Shown: piece by piece, positions 1 to 11,051 of the stretch | Numbering within the stretch: the first letter of the stretch is position 1 | Layout: each line of letters begins with the position of its first letter | Assembly (NCBI RefSeq): GCF_004010195.1 | Contig: NC_057728.1 | Span: forward strand, 18,389,852-18,453,851 | Length of the DNA stretch: 64,000 nt | Source: Chiloscyllium plagiosum | Lineage: Eukaryota | Direction of reading: 5' to 3' | Notes under the pieces: generated by a model | The model's database searches: none | The model's input: the letters and a program-made list of their open reading frames with translations, nothing else | Told to the model about the DNA's origin: nothing | Program-made: the position numbers and the translations under genes

Positions 1-205
1 GGAGTGGGAGGGGGAGTTGAAGTGTTGAGCCACAGGGTGGTTGGTCCGGGTGTCCCAGAGGTGTTCTCTGAAATGCTCCGCAAGTAGGCGGCCTGTCTCC
101 CCAGTATAGAAGAGGCCACATCGGGTGCAGAGATTGCAATAGATAATGTGTGTGGAGGTGCAGGTGAATCTGTGGCGGATATGGAAGTGTCCCTTGGGGC
201 ACTTT
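1..205 (-). mobile_element. Penelope-like element fragment, GIY-YIG endonuclease region
   Basis: Minus frame reads ..FHIRHRFTCTSTHIIYCNLCTRCGLFYTGETGRLLAEHFREH.., a PLE GIY-YIG motif. Confidence 0.8.
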
Positions 206-365
206 GAGGGGTCCTATTCTCTCCCTCGTTTCCGTTTTGTCCTTAATCTATTTGCAAAATCCCTTTGGATTCGCCTTAACTCTATTTGCCAAAGCTATCT
301 CATGTCGTCTCTTTGCCCTCCTAATTTCCCTCTTAAGTATACTCCTATTGCCTTTATACTCTATC
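206..365 (-). mobile_element. CR1-type LINE ORF2 fragment
   Basis: Minus frame reads ..LKREIRRAKRRHEIALANRVKANPKGFCKYIKDK..RERIGPL, the CR1 linker region. Confidence 0.75.
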
Positions 366-1089
366 TTTGCAAGTGGAACAGAATCTTGATTGTAGTTTTT
401 AAATACTTAAATAATTAAACTACAATAAACTTCTTTTCAAATATGGTCTTTTCTCGTCTCTAGCTGTATGCATGAGATGTGTTGCGTCTTCAAGGAAGCC
501 ATATTTGCAAGAGGAGGGAGAATGTGATTTTTGTCCTATTACATTAACTGTTCAAAGATTGCCAGTCATAAATGAAAAAAAAAACTTTTAAATTGAATAC
601 TATAATAAAATAAATTCAAGTGAATCAGTAAGTCTATTTTGAACGTCCAATTACATGGGGGGTTGCAAGCTTGATGAACTGTAATCATGGTGGTACTGGA
701 ACCTGTCTTCATTACCAAAGTTTAATTACTTTTTCAACAGACATATGAAGGGAAACGTTTCACAAGAACAGAGGTTTGTGGGAGGATAAGGGTGGGCAAT
801 AGAGAATAAATGAAAGATGTAATTAATAGGACTGATCTCGTTGTGCAAATGTATATACATTCTGCTTTGTTACTCCAGGTTACAGTTAGGGAAGAGCTTG
901 CGGCTTCACCTGTACTGCTTTATTAACTGTAATAGTAAATATGCAATGCCATCCCTTATTACTAGATAGAAGGGAAGAGAAAAAAAACAGGAAAGAGAAA
1001 GGAATGGGATGGAACAAATACATAATGGATTCTTTGGACATTTCATTACAACCAGTACAGAGGGGAGAGAAGTAGTGATGTAATCTCAC

Positions 1090-1193
1090 CGTAACAGCAT
1101 TATTGAGCAGCCTATCCTTCATCTCCAGTTGTTCATGTTCACTCTTTAATTCGCTCCCTCGTTTTAACAGCTTCCTCTTCTCCTCCTCTTTCA
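1090..1193 (-). CDS. PHF21B: PHF21B coiled-coil exon: (V)KEEEKRKLLKRGSELKSEHEQLEMKDRLLNNAVT; final exon expected beyond position 1
   Basis: 104 nt, ttttcag| and acg|gtgaga, phase 1-0. Matches PHF21B KEEEKQKLLQRGSELQNEHQQLE. Confidence 0.94.
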
Positions 1194-1384
1194 CTGAAAA
1201 TGCAACATTAAAATAAAAAATACTCAGTTTTCTAAACATAATCATTTAAATTTTAAAAAAGTTATTAGAACTATATATACTTACAAACATCTTTTATTTT
1301 ACAGACAATTATAGAACAATCAGATAGGCACATATTCCATCTCAGTCATGTTTGTATTTTTGATCTGCTGGCTATGAGGAGAGG

Positions 1385-1715
1385 ATGGAATAGTGGGTGA
1401 TATCACTGAACCAGTAATGTAGAGGCCCAGGCTAAAAGCTGTGGGGGCAGGGACTCAAATTCAAGCATGGCAACTGGTAGAATTTAAATTCAATTAACAA
1501 ACCTGGATTATTAAGCTAGTCTCATCAATGAGAACAATGACAACCATCATCAATTATTTGTAGAAACCTATCTGGCTTACCAATGTCCTTTAGAGAAATA
1601 CATCTACCATTCTTATATGTTCTGGACTCCAAGCGACTCATGTATCTGTCCTCTGTTTCACCAAACAAACTACTCAGTTAACTAGGGTAGGCAACAAACG
1701 TAGCTCGCATTGCTC
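1385..1715 (+). mobile_element. Old tRNA-derived SINE (shark family), degraded
   Basis: tRNA-like head, body and tail all similar to the copy at 54093-54420 (aatgtcctttag, actcagtt, ggcaacaaa). Confidence 0.6.
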
Positions 1716-1725
1716 ACGGCTTTTT

Positions 1726-2029
1726 TAGAATAGATTAGATTCCCCTTGTGGAAACAGGCTCTTTGGCCCAACAAGTCCACAGTGACCCTCTGAAGGGTAA
1801 CCCACCCAAACTCATTTCCCTCTGACCAATACACCTAACACTATGGGCAATTTAGCATGGCCAATTCATCTTTGGACTGTGGGAGGAAACTGGAGCACCC
1901 AGAGGAAACCCATGCAGTCACGGGGAGGATGTGCAAATTCCACACAGACAATTGCCTGAGGCTGGAATTGAACCCAGGTCCCTGGCACTGTGAGGCAGCA
2001 GTGCTAACCATTGAGCCATCATGCTACCC
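1726..2029 (-). mobile_element. HE1-type V-SINE
   Basis: tRNA head (gtggttagcactgctgcctcacag...ggttcaattcc), V-domain (gtgtggagtttgca..ttctcccc..tgggtttcctc) and CR1/HER1-like tail. Eight copies occur in the window. Confidence 0.88.
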
Positions 2030-2074
2030 TGCTGATGAGACAACTAAAATATCGCAATTATTTCATCTTTGCCA

Positions 2075-2393
2075 AGTGGTTAGCACTGCTGCCTCACAGT
2101 GCCAGGGACCCAGATTCAATTCCAGCCTCAGGCAATTGTCTGTGTGGAATTTGCATGTTCTCCCCGTCACTGTGTGGGTTTCCTCTGGGGTGCTCAGGTT
2201 TCCTCCCACAGTCCAAAGATGCACAGGTTAGGTGAATTGGCCGTGCTAAATTATCCCATAGTGTTCAGGGATGTGTCGGTTTGGTGCATTAGTCCGGGGA
2301 AATGTATGGGGAATGGATCTGGGTGATATACTCTTTGTAGGGTCGATGTGGACTTGGGCCGAAGGGCCTGTTTTCACACTGTAGGGATTCTAT
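2075..2393 (+). mobile_element. HE1-type V-SINE, inverted relative to the adjacent copy
   Basis: Same head, V-domain and tail on the plus strand, about 45 bp from the previous copy. Confidence 0.88.
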
Positions 2394-2427
2394 ATATAAA
2401 TTCTATATATAATTAGGTTTTGAAGAT

Positions 2428-4104
2428 CAAGTCTGCGAAAACATTTGTAGCTCAGGTGCCGGTTGTCATAGTTATGATTCTGTTCACTGAGCTGGGAAGT
2501 TGATTTGCAGATGTTTAGTCCCCTGTCTAGGTGACATCTTCAGTGCTTTGGAGCCTCTTGTGAAGCGCTGCTGTACTGTCTCTTCTGGAATTTATTTGGT
2601 TCTGTTCCTGCTGTTTCTGGTTGCCAGTTTTGGTTGTTCATTGTAGTGGCTGGTATACTGGATGTAGTCTATGTGCTTGTTGATGGAGCCCCCGTGGCTG
2701 AATGCCATGTTTCTAGAAATTCTCTGGCTGCCCTCTGTTTGGCTTGTCCAATGATATTGTGTTGTCCCAGTCAAATTTATGGTCCTTGTCATCTGTGTGT
2801 GTGGCTACTAGGGACAGCTGGTCATGGCGTTTAGTGGCTAGTTGGTGTTTGTAGATGCGGATTGTTAGTTGTCTGCCTGTTGACCTGCATAATGCTGCAT
2901 GCAGTCTTTGCATGGAATCTTGCAAATTATGTTTGTCTTGCACATGATGGGTATAGGATCTTTCAACAACCAAGCATATGAACAGATCAATGGAACACCG
3001 ATGTGCTCACCCATCTTGGGGCACATAGCAGAAGCAGTGATGCAAAGACTGGAACAAGCAGCCCTTCCACAAATCCTACCCAAACTTTGGATGAGATACA
3101 TGGATGACACTTTTGTTATCATTCAGAGAACAGAAATTAACACCTTGGTCACAGGGATCAGATTTACGAGAGAGGAGGAAACCAACAATCAACTCGCATT
3201 CCTGGATGTGATGGTGAAAAGAACACAAAACAATTAATGCACTACAAAAGTATACAGAAAAGCCACATACACACTGACCAGGTCCTGAACTACAACAGCA
3301 ACTACCTGAACACACACAAGAGAACCTGCATTAGGACCCTGTTTAAACGGGCTACAGCACACTGCAGCACTCCTGACCTACGAAGGGAAGAAGAACACCT
3401 TTCAAGCATATTCGCCAAGAACGGATATCCCCCAACTTCATCCGCAGATGCCTAACAGACAATGTGACGAGGACATGCCACGACCTAACTCACTTGCCAC
3501 GCTACCTTACATAAAAACACCTCAGAACTGACAGCCAGTGATCACTGGGATTCATGACAGCCCATAAACCGACAGCCACACTCAGACAGCAACTCACCAG
3601 GACAAAAGACCTGATACTCATCATGTGCAAGATAAACATAATTTACAAGATTCCATGCAAAGACTGCACGAAACACTATACAGGGCCAACAGGCAGACAA
3701 CTAGCAATCCGCATCCACGAACACCAACTAGCTACCAAACACCACAACCAAGTGCCCCTAGTAGCCACACACAGACATCAAGGACCACAAATTCGACTGC
3801 ACCAACAAAACAATCATTGGACAAGCCCAAACAGAGGACAGACAGAGAATTTCTAGAAGCATGGCACTTATCCACAGACTCCATTAACAAGCACATAGAC
3901 TGAGACCTAATATACCAGCCACGCCAATGAACAATCTGAATAGACAATCGGAAGTAGCAGGAACGGAATCAAATAAATTACAAGCGACACAGTACAGCAG
4001 CGCTTCACAGGAGGCTCCAAAGCACTGAAGATGTCACTTTGACAGAGGACGGAATGTCTGCAAATCAACTTCCCAGCTTGGTGAACATACTCACAACTAC
4101 GACT
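2428..4104 (+). mobile_element. Penelope-like retroelement (Poseidon-like), decayed RT + GIY-YIG, with an inverted copy of its 3' end
   Basis: RT motifs GTPMCSP..AEAVMQRLE, RYMDDTF, FTREEE..LAFLDV. Endonuclease IIYKIPCKDCTKHYTGPTGRQL..RIHEH. 2428-2963 is the reverse complement of about 3605-4104. Stops and frameshifts present. Confidence 0.9.
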
Positions 4105-5311
4105 GGTTCTGAACAAATATGGAATTTTTTTTTAAAATAAGAAAGTCACAAGAAACTTTTCATAATCATTGCATTGTAATTTCATTTATTTATGTTTATA
4201 TTTGGAGATATTTGCTTAAAATGTATTAATTACATTATTGAAGCATTGGCCTCATTCTTTACTGTTGGAGGGAATTATATCAATAAACATTAAGTTATTA
4301 AGCCAATTCTGTCTTGGTTTCAGCTGTGCATGCTAATTAAGCTCTCTTGCACTTGCAGTCTCCGTAGCCATTCCAAGTTGGTACTGCTATCCAAATTCAT
4401 CAGCCTTCTAATTATAAATTCAGCTTTCACATGTCATTCAAAAATTTTTCTCTTTATTTGTTGGACATATTTATTTTCTGAAAGCGAATACCATGGGGCA
4501 GTAACTTTTCAATTGTAATGTGGGGCAATTGGAAAGAACTGTTGCCTTCCCTGCACACATCACTTTGATTAGTTCAAAATGACAATAACAGAGGCTAGGA
4601 AGGTAGATGTGGTCTAAATTGTTTAGCTTCTAGATTTTAAAAAATCATCCTGGTGACAGAAGGCAATAGTCGGAGACGTAAGAAGAATGAAGAATGTCCT
4701 GCTCACAGCCCTAATGCCATTTTATCAGTATTAACAATAATAAATTCAGTTCTTGTCTATCAAAGTGCTAATCCAAGGTCTCGCAGATTTCATGCATTTC
4801 TTTTCTACTCCACACTTTCCAGATCAACACATGTGCCTCTGGGCGTTAGGATGTTCAGCTTAGAGACACTTTGATGGCATAGCCAAACTACTAGATCGTT
4901 CAATTTGCTAAACATGATGGAATTCTGCACACTAGTTTTCCTCTATTGCAGTAGAGTGCCCTCTCATGAGTAGTAGAAACTCACAGGGGTAGACATTCAA
5001 CTTATTGCCAGAACATAAAACTAACATTGAAGGTCAGTAATAGACAACGCCCAAACTTTTTGGTTAAATTTACTTAAATGGAAATGAAACTGGGCAATTC
5101 CTATAAAACGCAGCTGATCGAAAGTGCAAGCTTTACATCTTGGTGGTGAGTTTAAAATGTGGTTAATTTTTCTGGAAAGATGGACTGCAAATGTCATTCA
5201 GGTCTGGGATTTGAACACTGGTCACATTAGCAGTTTTCCAGTGCTCGAGTGTTATATCAGTCTGTAACTAACAAGCCATTCCTGGTATCAAACATGCACT
5301 ACATTTCATAC

Positions 5312-5387
5312 CCGCTTTATGTGCAAGATAGGAATGGACGATAGCGAGGGTTCCAGGCCATGATACGTTATCTTCCTTCTTTAATAC
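5312..5387 (-). CDS. PHF21B: PHF21B coding exon: VLKKEDNVSWPGTLAIVHSYLAHKA
   Basis: 76 nt, atacag| and cgg|gtatga, phase 0-1. WPGTLAIVHSY is a PHF21 motif. Confidence 0.95.
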
Positions 5388-8228
5388 CTGTATGAGCAAG
5401 AGACACACATTTTCTGGACAGAAGTAAAATGATTTACTCTTAAAACTACCACAGACTGGCCCTGGGATTACTGATTATAAAAGGTAAAGTGGTCCAAAAT
5501 TACAGCTCTCCATTCTGATTTGCCCAAAAGCAAGGTTTCTATACATATGTTTCTTTTTTAATAAAGATCTTACAGGTATATGTCATAAACAATTATTTAA
5601 TTCCAAGTAGTGACTATCGTTATGGAAGAAACTACGGTAGCCATTTCAATGAAAATGAGAAGCTTCTTCGCCTTTTGGTGTTAGGTAAACATGGTATTCT
5701 CATCATTACACGATACCTTTCTCTTCTTTACTTCTTGAAATGAATCATTTGTAATGGGGACTTGGTTCTCTGATGCAATGTGCACGAGATGTGGGAAGTG
5801 TTTCATGCATATTGACAAGCAGCTGGTAGTTTATCAGGAAAAAACAGAATCAGATTCAAAGACTTGTTCCTGATTCAACACACCATTTGGATTCTATTCC
5901 ACTGTTCAACCTTCACTGACCAAGACGGAGAAGGGAGGTTGTTGTTCCAGCTGATAACTGAGACAGTAAGTAATGATAGACTATTGCACAGAAAACATAG
6001 CAACATAGCTATAACAATATTTTGGGAAGAGAGCTCAGGAAACTTTGTGCCAGATCTTAAATTATTTGTATTTCCTATTACAACTTTTCATAATTAGGCT
6101 GCATCTTCTGACACAACCAGAAATTATGAAGCAGTAAATGCTGGAAATCAGACAGCACCTAAGAATAAAACAAACAAGTTAATGCTTTAAATGTAATCCT
6201 TCATCAGAAACAAACAACAAACTATTATTTAAACAGAACCATTATTTAAACAGAATAAAGGCAACGTGAGAATAAAATGCATTGATCAGTGAATAAACCT
6301 ATGATCTATTGAAAGGTATTTTAGATGGCTGAGATCATTTTTCCATCAGACTATGAGAAGTACTGTGGGACTGCTGTGTTACAGATCACTCAAAGTCTGA
6401 GTTACTTATTGCAGATTGGAGTCATGGATAGTAGAGGTTCCAACTTTCTTTCTATTACATGGATGGCCAATCCACTTCATACTCTTTCTCTCTGTTCCAC
6501 ATCTACAAATTTGATTTATGCATAAACCAGGCACAGGCAGAGGGCAGCAAATGCAACAGAGTCACTGACCGATTGCAGGGAAAACCAGGTGATCAAGCAG
6601 CTGAGTCAGGAGAACGTGTATTGGTCTCACATTTTGCTGTGTTTCTGCTCCTCTCCATCTATGGTACAGGCTCCCATACCTTAGGATTGAAACCCAACTT
6701 CACAGGCACTAGCAACTGCACCAGGTGTTGAGAAAAGGTGAGATGGGTTAGCGAGAACATGTGCAAGTACATAGTGTCAGAGAAGAAAGTTGGGAAGAGG
6801 GTCTTCTGAGTGAGTGGTGGCAGCAATGCGGGGGGTTGGCTTAAGAAGGGCCGCTGAGTGAAAGGCTGCGTGCATGTGTTATAGGAAAAGGAACTGGACT
6901 ATGAGTGTGGATTAGGAAGGATCGGAAAAGAAAAATTTTGAAGTACTTTAAAAACTTAGATTCTCAAATCTGTTTGATATTTTAGTCCATCATACAGAAA
7001 CTTCAATATCTAGTGAATGTTAGTATCTGTTTTTCTGCTTGTGATCGGGGTCAACAGGATAGTACTGGAAACTTTTATGGGAAGCACTGCACTAATCTGT
7101 TTGACTACTTCCATTGGAGAGACCATATAAACCTAAGTGACCTACCTCATTGAACAGTCTATCCCCATCACTTGCTATGACCCACAATCATTATGACCTT
7201 TCTGATACCGTACTTGTACAATGTACCAATGAAATTTCACTCAGCTTCAAGAACAACAGCGTATCTTTTTACCACAAGGCCTTAATTAAGCTTCTAATTT
7301 CTTTACAATAGGGACTGGTGATGTGAAATTGATTAGTCTGCATTGAAAAGACAGGTTGGATGATGTAGTGGAGAACCTGCTGCCAGAACACAAGGTGGGA
7401 ATGAATCTGTTCTCTCGGTGACCAATCTTGTTTTCTTATACACAAGTTTTTAACCTCTCTCTCACCCACAAGTTTCCAAACTTATTTGTCTTCTGCTGTC
7501 TCAAATGGTCACACATTCATTACTCTTAATATCATTGTATTCATCTAATCAACATTTAATTCAACTGATCTCAAGCCATTGTTTTGAGTTTGTTTTAATA
7601 TGAGTCATTTTTCTATTCTTGTTGAAGGATTACATTGGAAGCATGAAGTTACTTGTTGTCCAAAAATGCTGACTGTCCTACTCTCTGTTTTTAATGTACT
7701 CTGCTTTATTTTTTGACATTTCATTATCTTCTGTGCCATTGATTTATTGATTTGGAATGATCTAATGACTTGGAAACAAAATCCAAAAATTGTCATCAAA
7801 CAGGGTGTCCTCCAAGTCTGAATGCTCTTGCAATAAGGATCTGAGAGTGATAAAGATGTTGTGAAGTGGTTGAAGTGGGCTTTTAACACATCAACTTGCA
7901 TTTATAGAACACCATAAAATGTACAAAGCCCAGAAGCATAACAAAAATTCAAAGATATAATAAAAGAAAATTCAATGCCAAAAATTAGGAGGGATGACCA
8001 AAAGCCAAAGAGGCATTTTAAAAGATAGTCTTAAAACCAAAAGGAGGTGGAAAACTGAAGGATTTAATGGCGTAACCACAAGGAAATTTAAATGTAAGAA
8101 CAGGATTTTAACTTTGAGGTATTAAAGGACTGCATGGAGAAAGTGAGGACTGCAGATGCTGGAGATCAGAGCTGAAAATGTGTTGCTGGAAAAGCGCAGC
8201 AGGTCAGGCAGCATCCAACAAGCAGGAG

Positions 8229-8264
8229 AATCGACGTTTCGGGCATGAGCCCTTCTTCAGGAAT
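8229..8264 (-). ncRNA. Minimal hammerhead ribozyme core on the PHF21B sense strand
   Basis: Reverse complement reads attcCTGAAGAaGGGCtcatGCCCGAAACGTCgatt. Confidence 0.7.
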
Positions 8265-8277
8265 TGTCCTGAAGAAA

Positions 8278-8313
8278 ATTCCTGAAGAAGGGCTCATGCC
8301 CGAAACGTCGATT
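8278..8313 (+). ncRNA. Minimal hammerhead ribozyme core (PLE type)
   Basis: CTGAAGA-A-GGGC-tcat-GCCC-GAAA-CG-TC: conserved core, 4-bp helix II, palindromic ACGT in place of helix III. Confidence 0.7.
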
Positions 8314-8739
8314 CTCCTGCTCCTTGGATGCTGCCTGACCTGCTGCACTTTTCCAGCAACACATTAAAGGACTGCATGCCAATGTAGATTAACAAAGATA
8401 AATAGATAATTGTGGGCTAGGATAGAATAATGCCAATAGAATATGAAACAAGTCATATGTTTTCAAAAGGGATTATAAAATTACCTAAAGGGAAAAGATT
8501 GACAATGTCAGAAGTAAAACAGCTAAGATAGGGTAGTCAGTATTGTCTGAAGCATCAGAAAGTTCACCCATTCTTTGTGTGCGAGCCTATGTCAGGCTAT
8601 TCAACGATACAGAACATTATAGATGAGACTAATCCTATCCACATCTGACATGCATGAATAATTCCAGCAAGAGCAACTGAATTGCAATTGAAAGCAGAAC
8701 TGTGGCAATTTTCCCCTCCTAAAATACAAGTAATGTTGG

Positions 8740-9064
8740 TCACCATATTGAAGGAAGGATGTAATTGCATTGGAGACAGTTCAGAGAAGGTTTACTCAAC
8801 TAATACTTGAAATGGATGGTTTGTCTTGTGAGGAAAAGTTGCACAGGTTAGGCTTGTACTGTTGAGAGTTTTGAAGGGTAAGAGCTGGTGAATTGATTGA
8901 AACATAACATTAATATTTTTAAGGCAGAGGCAGACAGGCTCCTGTTAAGCTAGGGTTAAAAGATTAACCAGGGGAGAAAGTTTGAGGTTACAATCAGATC
9001 AGCTGTTGTCTTTCTGAATGGTGGAGCAGATTCGAGAGGCTGACTGGCCTACTTTTGCCCCGAT
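8740..9064 (+). mobile_element. CR1-type LINE 3' fragment, degraded
   Basis: aggaaggatgtaattgcattggag..gttcagagaaggtttac and tail gaatggtggagcag..cgagaggctg..tggcctact. Confidence 0.75.
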
Positions 9065-9181
9065 TCAAATGTTGCTGCGATGCTGAAACTTTCTAATCCA
9101 TTTAGCTGAGAAATTCACTTTATTAACTAGCTTAAAAGTGATAAGCAAAATTATTCTAATGAACAGAAGTTGAGTCTGTAC

Positions 9182-9337
9182 CTTTTCCTGGCACCTGGGG
9201 CAGACCCACACCCCCTTGGGAATGGTCTTGAGAGGAGGTTCTAAACATTCCAGATGATATACACGAGAGCAAGTGTCACACAGAAGAAGTTGACCACTAC
9301 GTTTGCACACTGTACAGTAATCCTCATGAATATCATC
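9182..9337 (-). CDS. PHF21B: PHF21B PHD-finger exon: [52 protein letters not shown]
   Basis: 156 nt, ttttttaag| and aag|gtacag, phase 0-0. Complete C4HC3 PHD signature. Confidence 0.96.
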
Positions 9338-9606
9338 CTTAAAAAATGAAAAAGAAATGACTATATTAATTGAAATAAATTTCAGTGTACTGCAGAATGG
9401 TATGCTGAATCAAGTTTGGAAATTTTGATTGAATGAAGACTTAAATTTGAACACAACTCCACATCAACTTGCATCCAACATCATGATGCTACCATCAAAA
9501 GACATCTTCACCCCTTGCTCTCCTCTTGGCCTGGGGAAGGGCCAAGGGAACAGTTGCCGTTTTACTACTACTTCTTCTTAACTGAACAGTGAATTGTTTA
9601 CATGCC

Positions 9607-9960
9607 ATACACGCATCACCCTCTGTGTGAAAAAGTTGCTCCTTGGGTCCCTTTTACCTTTCCCCTCTCACCCTAAACCTATGCCCTCGAGTTCTGGACT
9701 CCCCCATCCCAGGGAAAAGAGCTAGTCTACTTATCATATCCATACCCCTCATGATTTTATAAACCTCTATAAGATCAACCCTCAGCCTCCGACACTCCAG
9801 GGAAAACAGCCCCAGCTTATTCAACCTCTCTTCATAGCTCAAATCCTCCAACCCTGCCAACATCCTTGTAAATCTTTTCTGAACTCTTTCAAGTTTCACA
9901 ATATCCTTCCTATAGGAAGGAGACTGGAATTGTATGCAATATTCAAAAAGTGGCCTAACC
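9607..9960 (-). mobile_element. CR1/HER1-type LINE ORF2 C-terminal fragment
   Basis: ORF LVRPLFEYCIQF.SP.YRKDIVKLERVQKRFTRML..RTRGH. Confidence 0.9.
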
Positions 9961-10991
9961 AAACTGAAACTTGGAACTGCTCCCACTCTGCAGGAACTAC
10001 CTTACATAACTATGCCAGTTATTTGCCTCTACTGAATATTCCAGCCATAACATCTTTACCAACTAAGCCTCTGGAGAACTTCACTTAATCAAAACAGTAA
10101 ACAAAATCAATAGTCATATGGTCATAACTTGTCACATTTGGCAACTAACCACCAGCTTCCCAAAGGTAATTAGGGACAGACAATAAATGGTGGCCTAGCT
10201 AATGACACACACACACATTCATGAAAGAAATAATGAAATGTTGGTAATTTTAACAGCAAGTCCCTTTAAACCTCATTTATTTGTATTTTTTTAAGATAAT
10301 GACAAAACTATTTTGTTTTATGCTCAAACCAAAATGAGTAAATCTTGTTTGCCATATACAGTTCTATATATACTTGAAAAGCACTTTATGAAAAATTACA
10401 AAAATTCATATGAATAAACAGAGTAGTTGCAGATGAGCTGCAGTGGAAGTGCAAGGATAAAATAAGACGGAGCAGAGTGGCATACCATGACAGCAAATCT
10501 GGCAGTAGGTACAAACAGCAACAGCAAATATTTGTTATAAGGATGGCATGGAAAATGAAAGCTTAGAGATCATGCCTTTTTATGTAATACAGCACCATAG
10601 ACAGCAGCTCTAGAAAGACAGCTCATCATTTATATCTTGGTATCAAACCATGCTGGTGCTAAATAAATACCTATTATAACCAACTATTGCACGATTTGCA
10701 TGTCCAAACCTTTGTCCTTGAAATTCTGCTTTTCATAAATGTAATGCTTTCCTAATAATCCTTACTGATTCATTCAATATAGCTGCAAATCTCTCCAATA
10801 TGCTTATCTAATGGATTGTCCTATTAATAAATATGACAATTTAAAAGCAACAATACATTTTCAGATACATCACAAACATGTTTAAACATAAAGCTAGAAC
10901 TTGTATTATACTGCTCATGTCTTGCAGTAATAAAAATTTTTGATTGCCAAGAGATTTACACAGTAAAAGTCACTGAATGGATGAGACATAC

Positions 10992-11014
10992 CTTCCAACA
11001 TAGGTCCTCATTGG
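10992..11014 (-). CDS. PHF21B: PHF21B 23-nt microexon: (A)NEDLCWK
   Basis: cacgcaag|CCAATGAGGACCTATGTTGGAAG|gtatgt, phase 1-0, restores the frame between the flanking exons. Matches recalled PHF21B ANEDPCWK and the PHF21A neuronal ANEEHWPK. Confidence 0.9.
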
Positions 11015-11044
11015 CTTGCGTGTTAAGGAGAAAGGTAGAAACAT

Positions 11045-11051
11045 GTTAGTA
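11045..11051 (-). promoter_or_regulatory. Perfect TACTAAC branch-point consensus upstream of the microexon
   Basis: Minus strand reads ctcTTACTAACatgtttctacctttctccttaacacgcaag|exon. The putative branch A is about 32 nt upstream of the exon and is followed by a pyrimidine tract. Confidence 0.7.

Larger units (their letters stand above)
8137..8362. mobile_element. Hairpin Penelope pseudo-LTR insertion (family 1) with a 16-bp TSD
   Basis: TSD attaaaggactgcatg at 8121-8136 and 8363-8378. Inverted arms at about 8178-8264 and 8278-8362. Confidence 0.88.

Noticed and set aside
2075-2135. tRNA-like sequences at SINE heads
   Set aside because: These are SINE promoter regions joined to V-domains, not complete tRNA genes.
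8137-8362. Interpreting the hairpins as DNA-transposon MITEs or miRNA precursors
   Set aside because: Long variable TSDs, asymmetric truncated arms and the match to PLE termini favour a retrotransposon origin.
10486-10498. Possible 13-nt exon (ctgccag|atttgctgtcatg|gtatgc, minus strand)
   Set aside because: Not frame-compatible with the neighbouring exons and no homology support.
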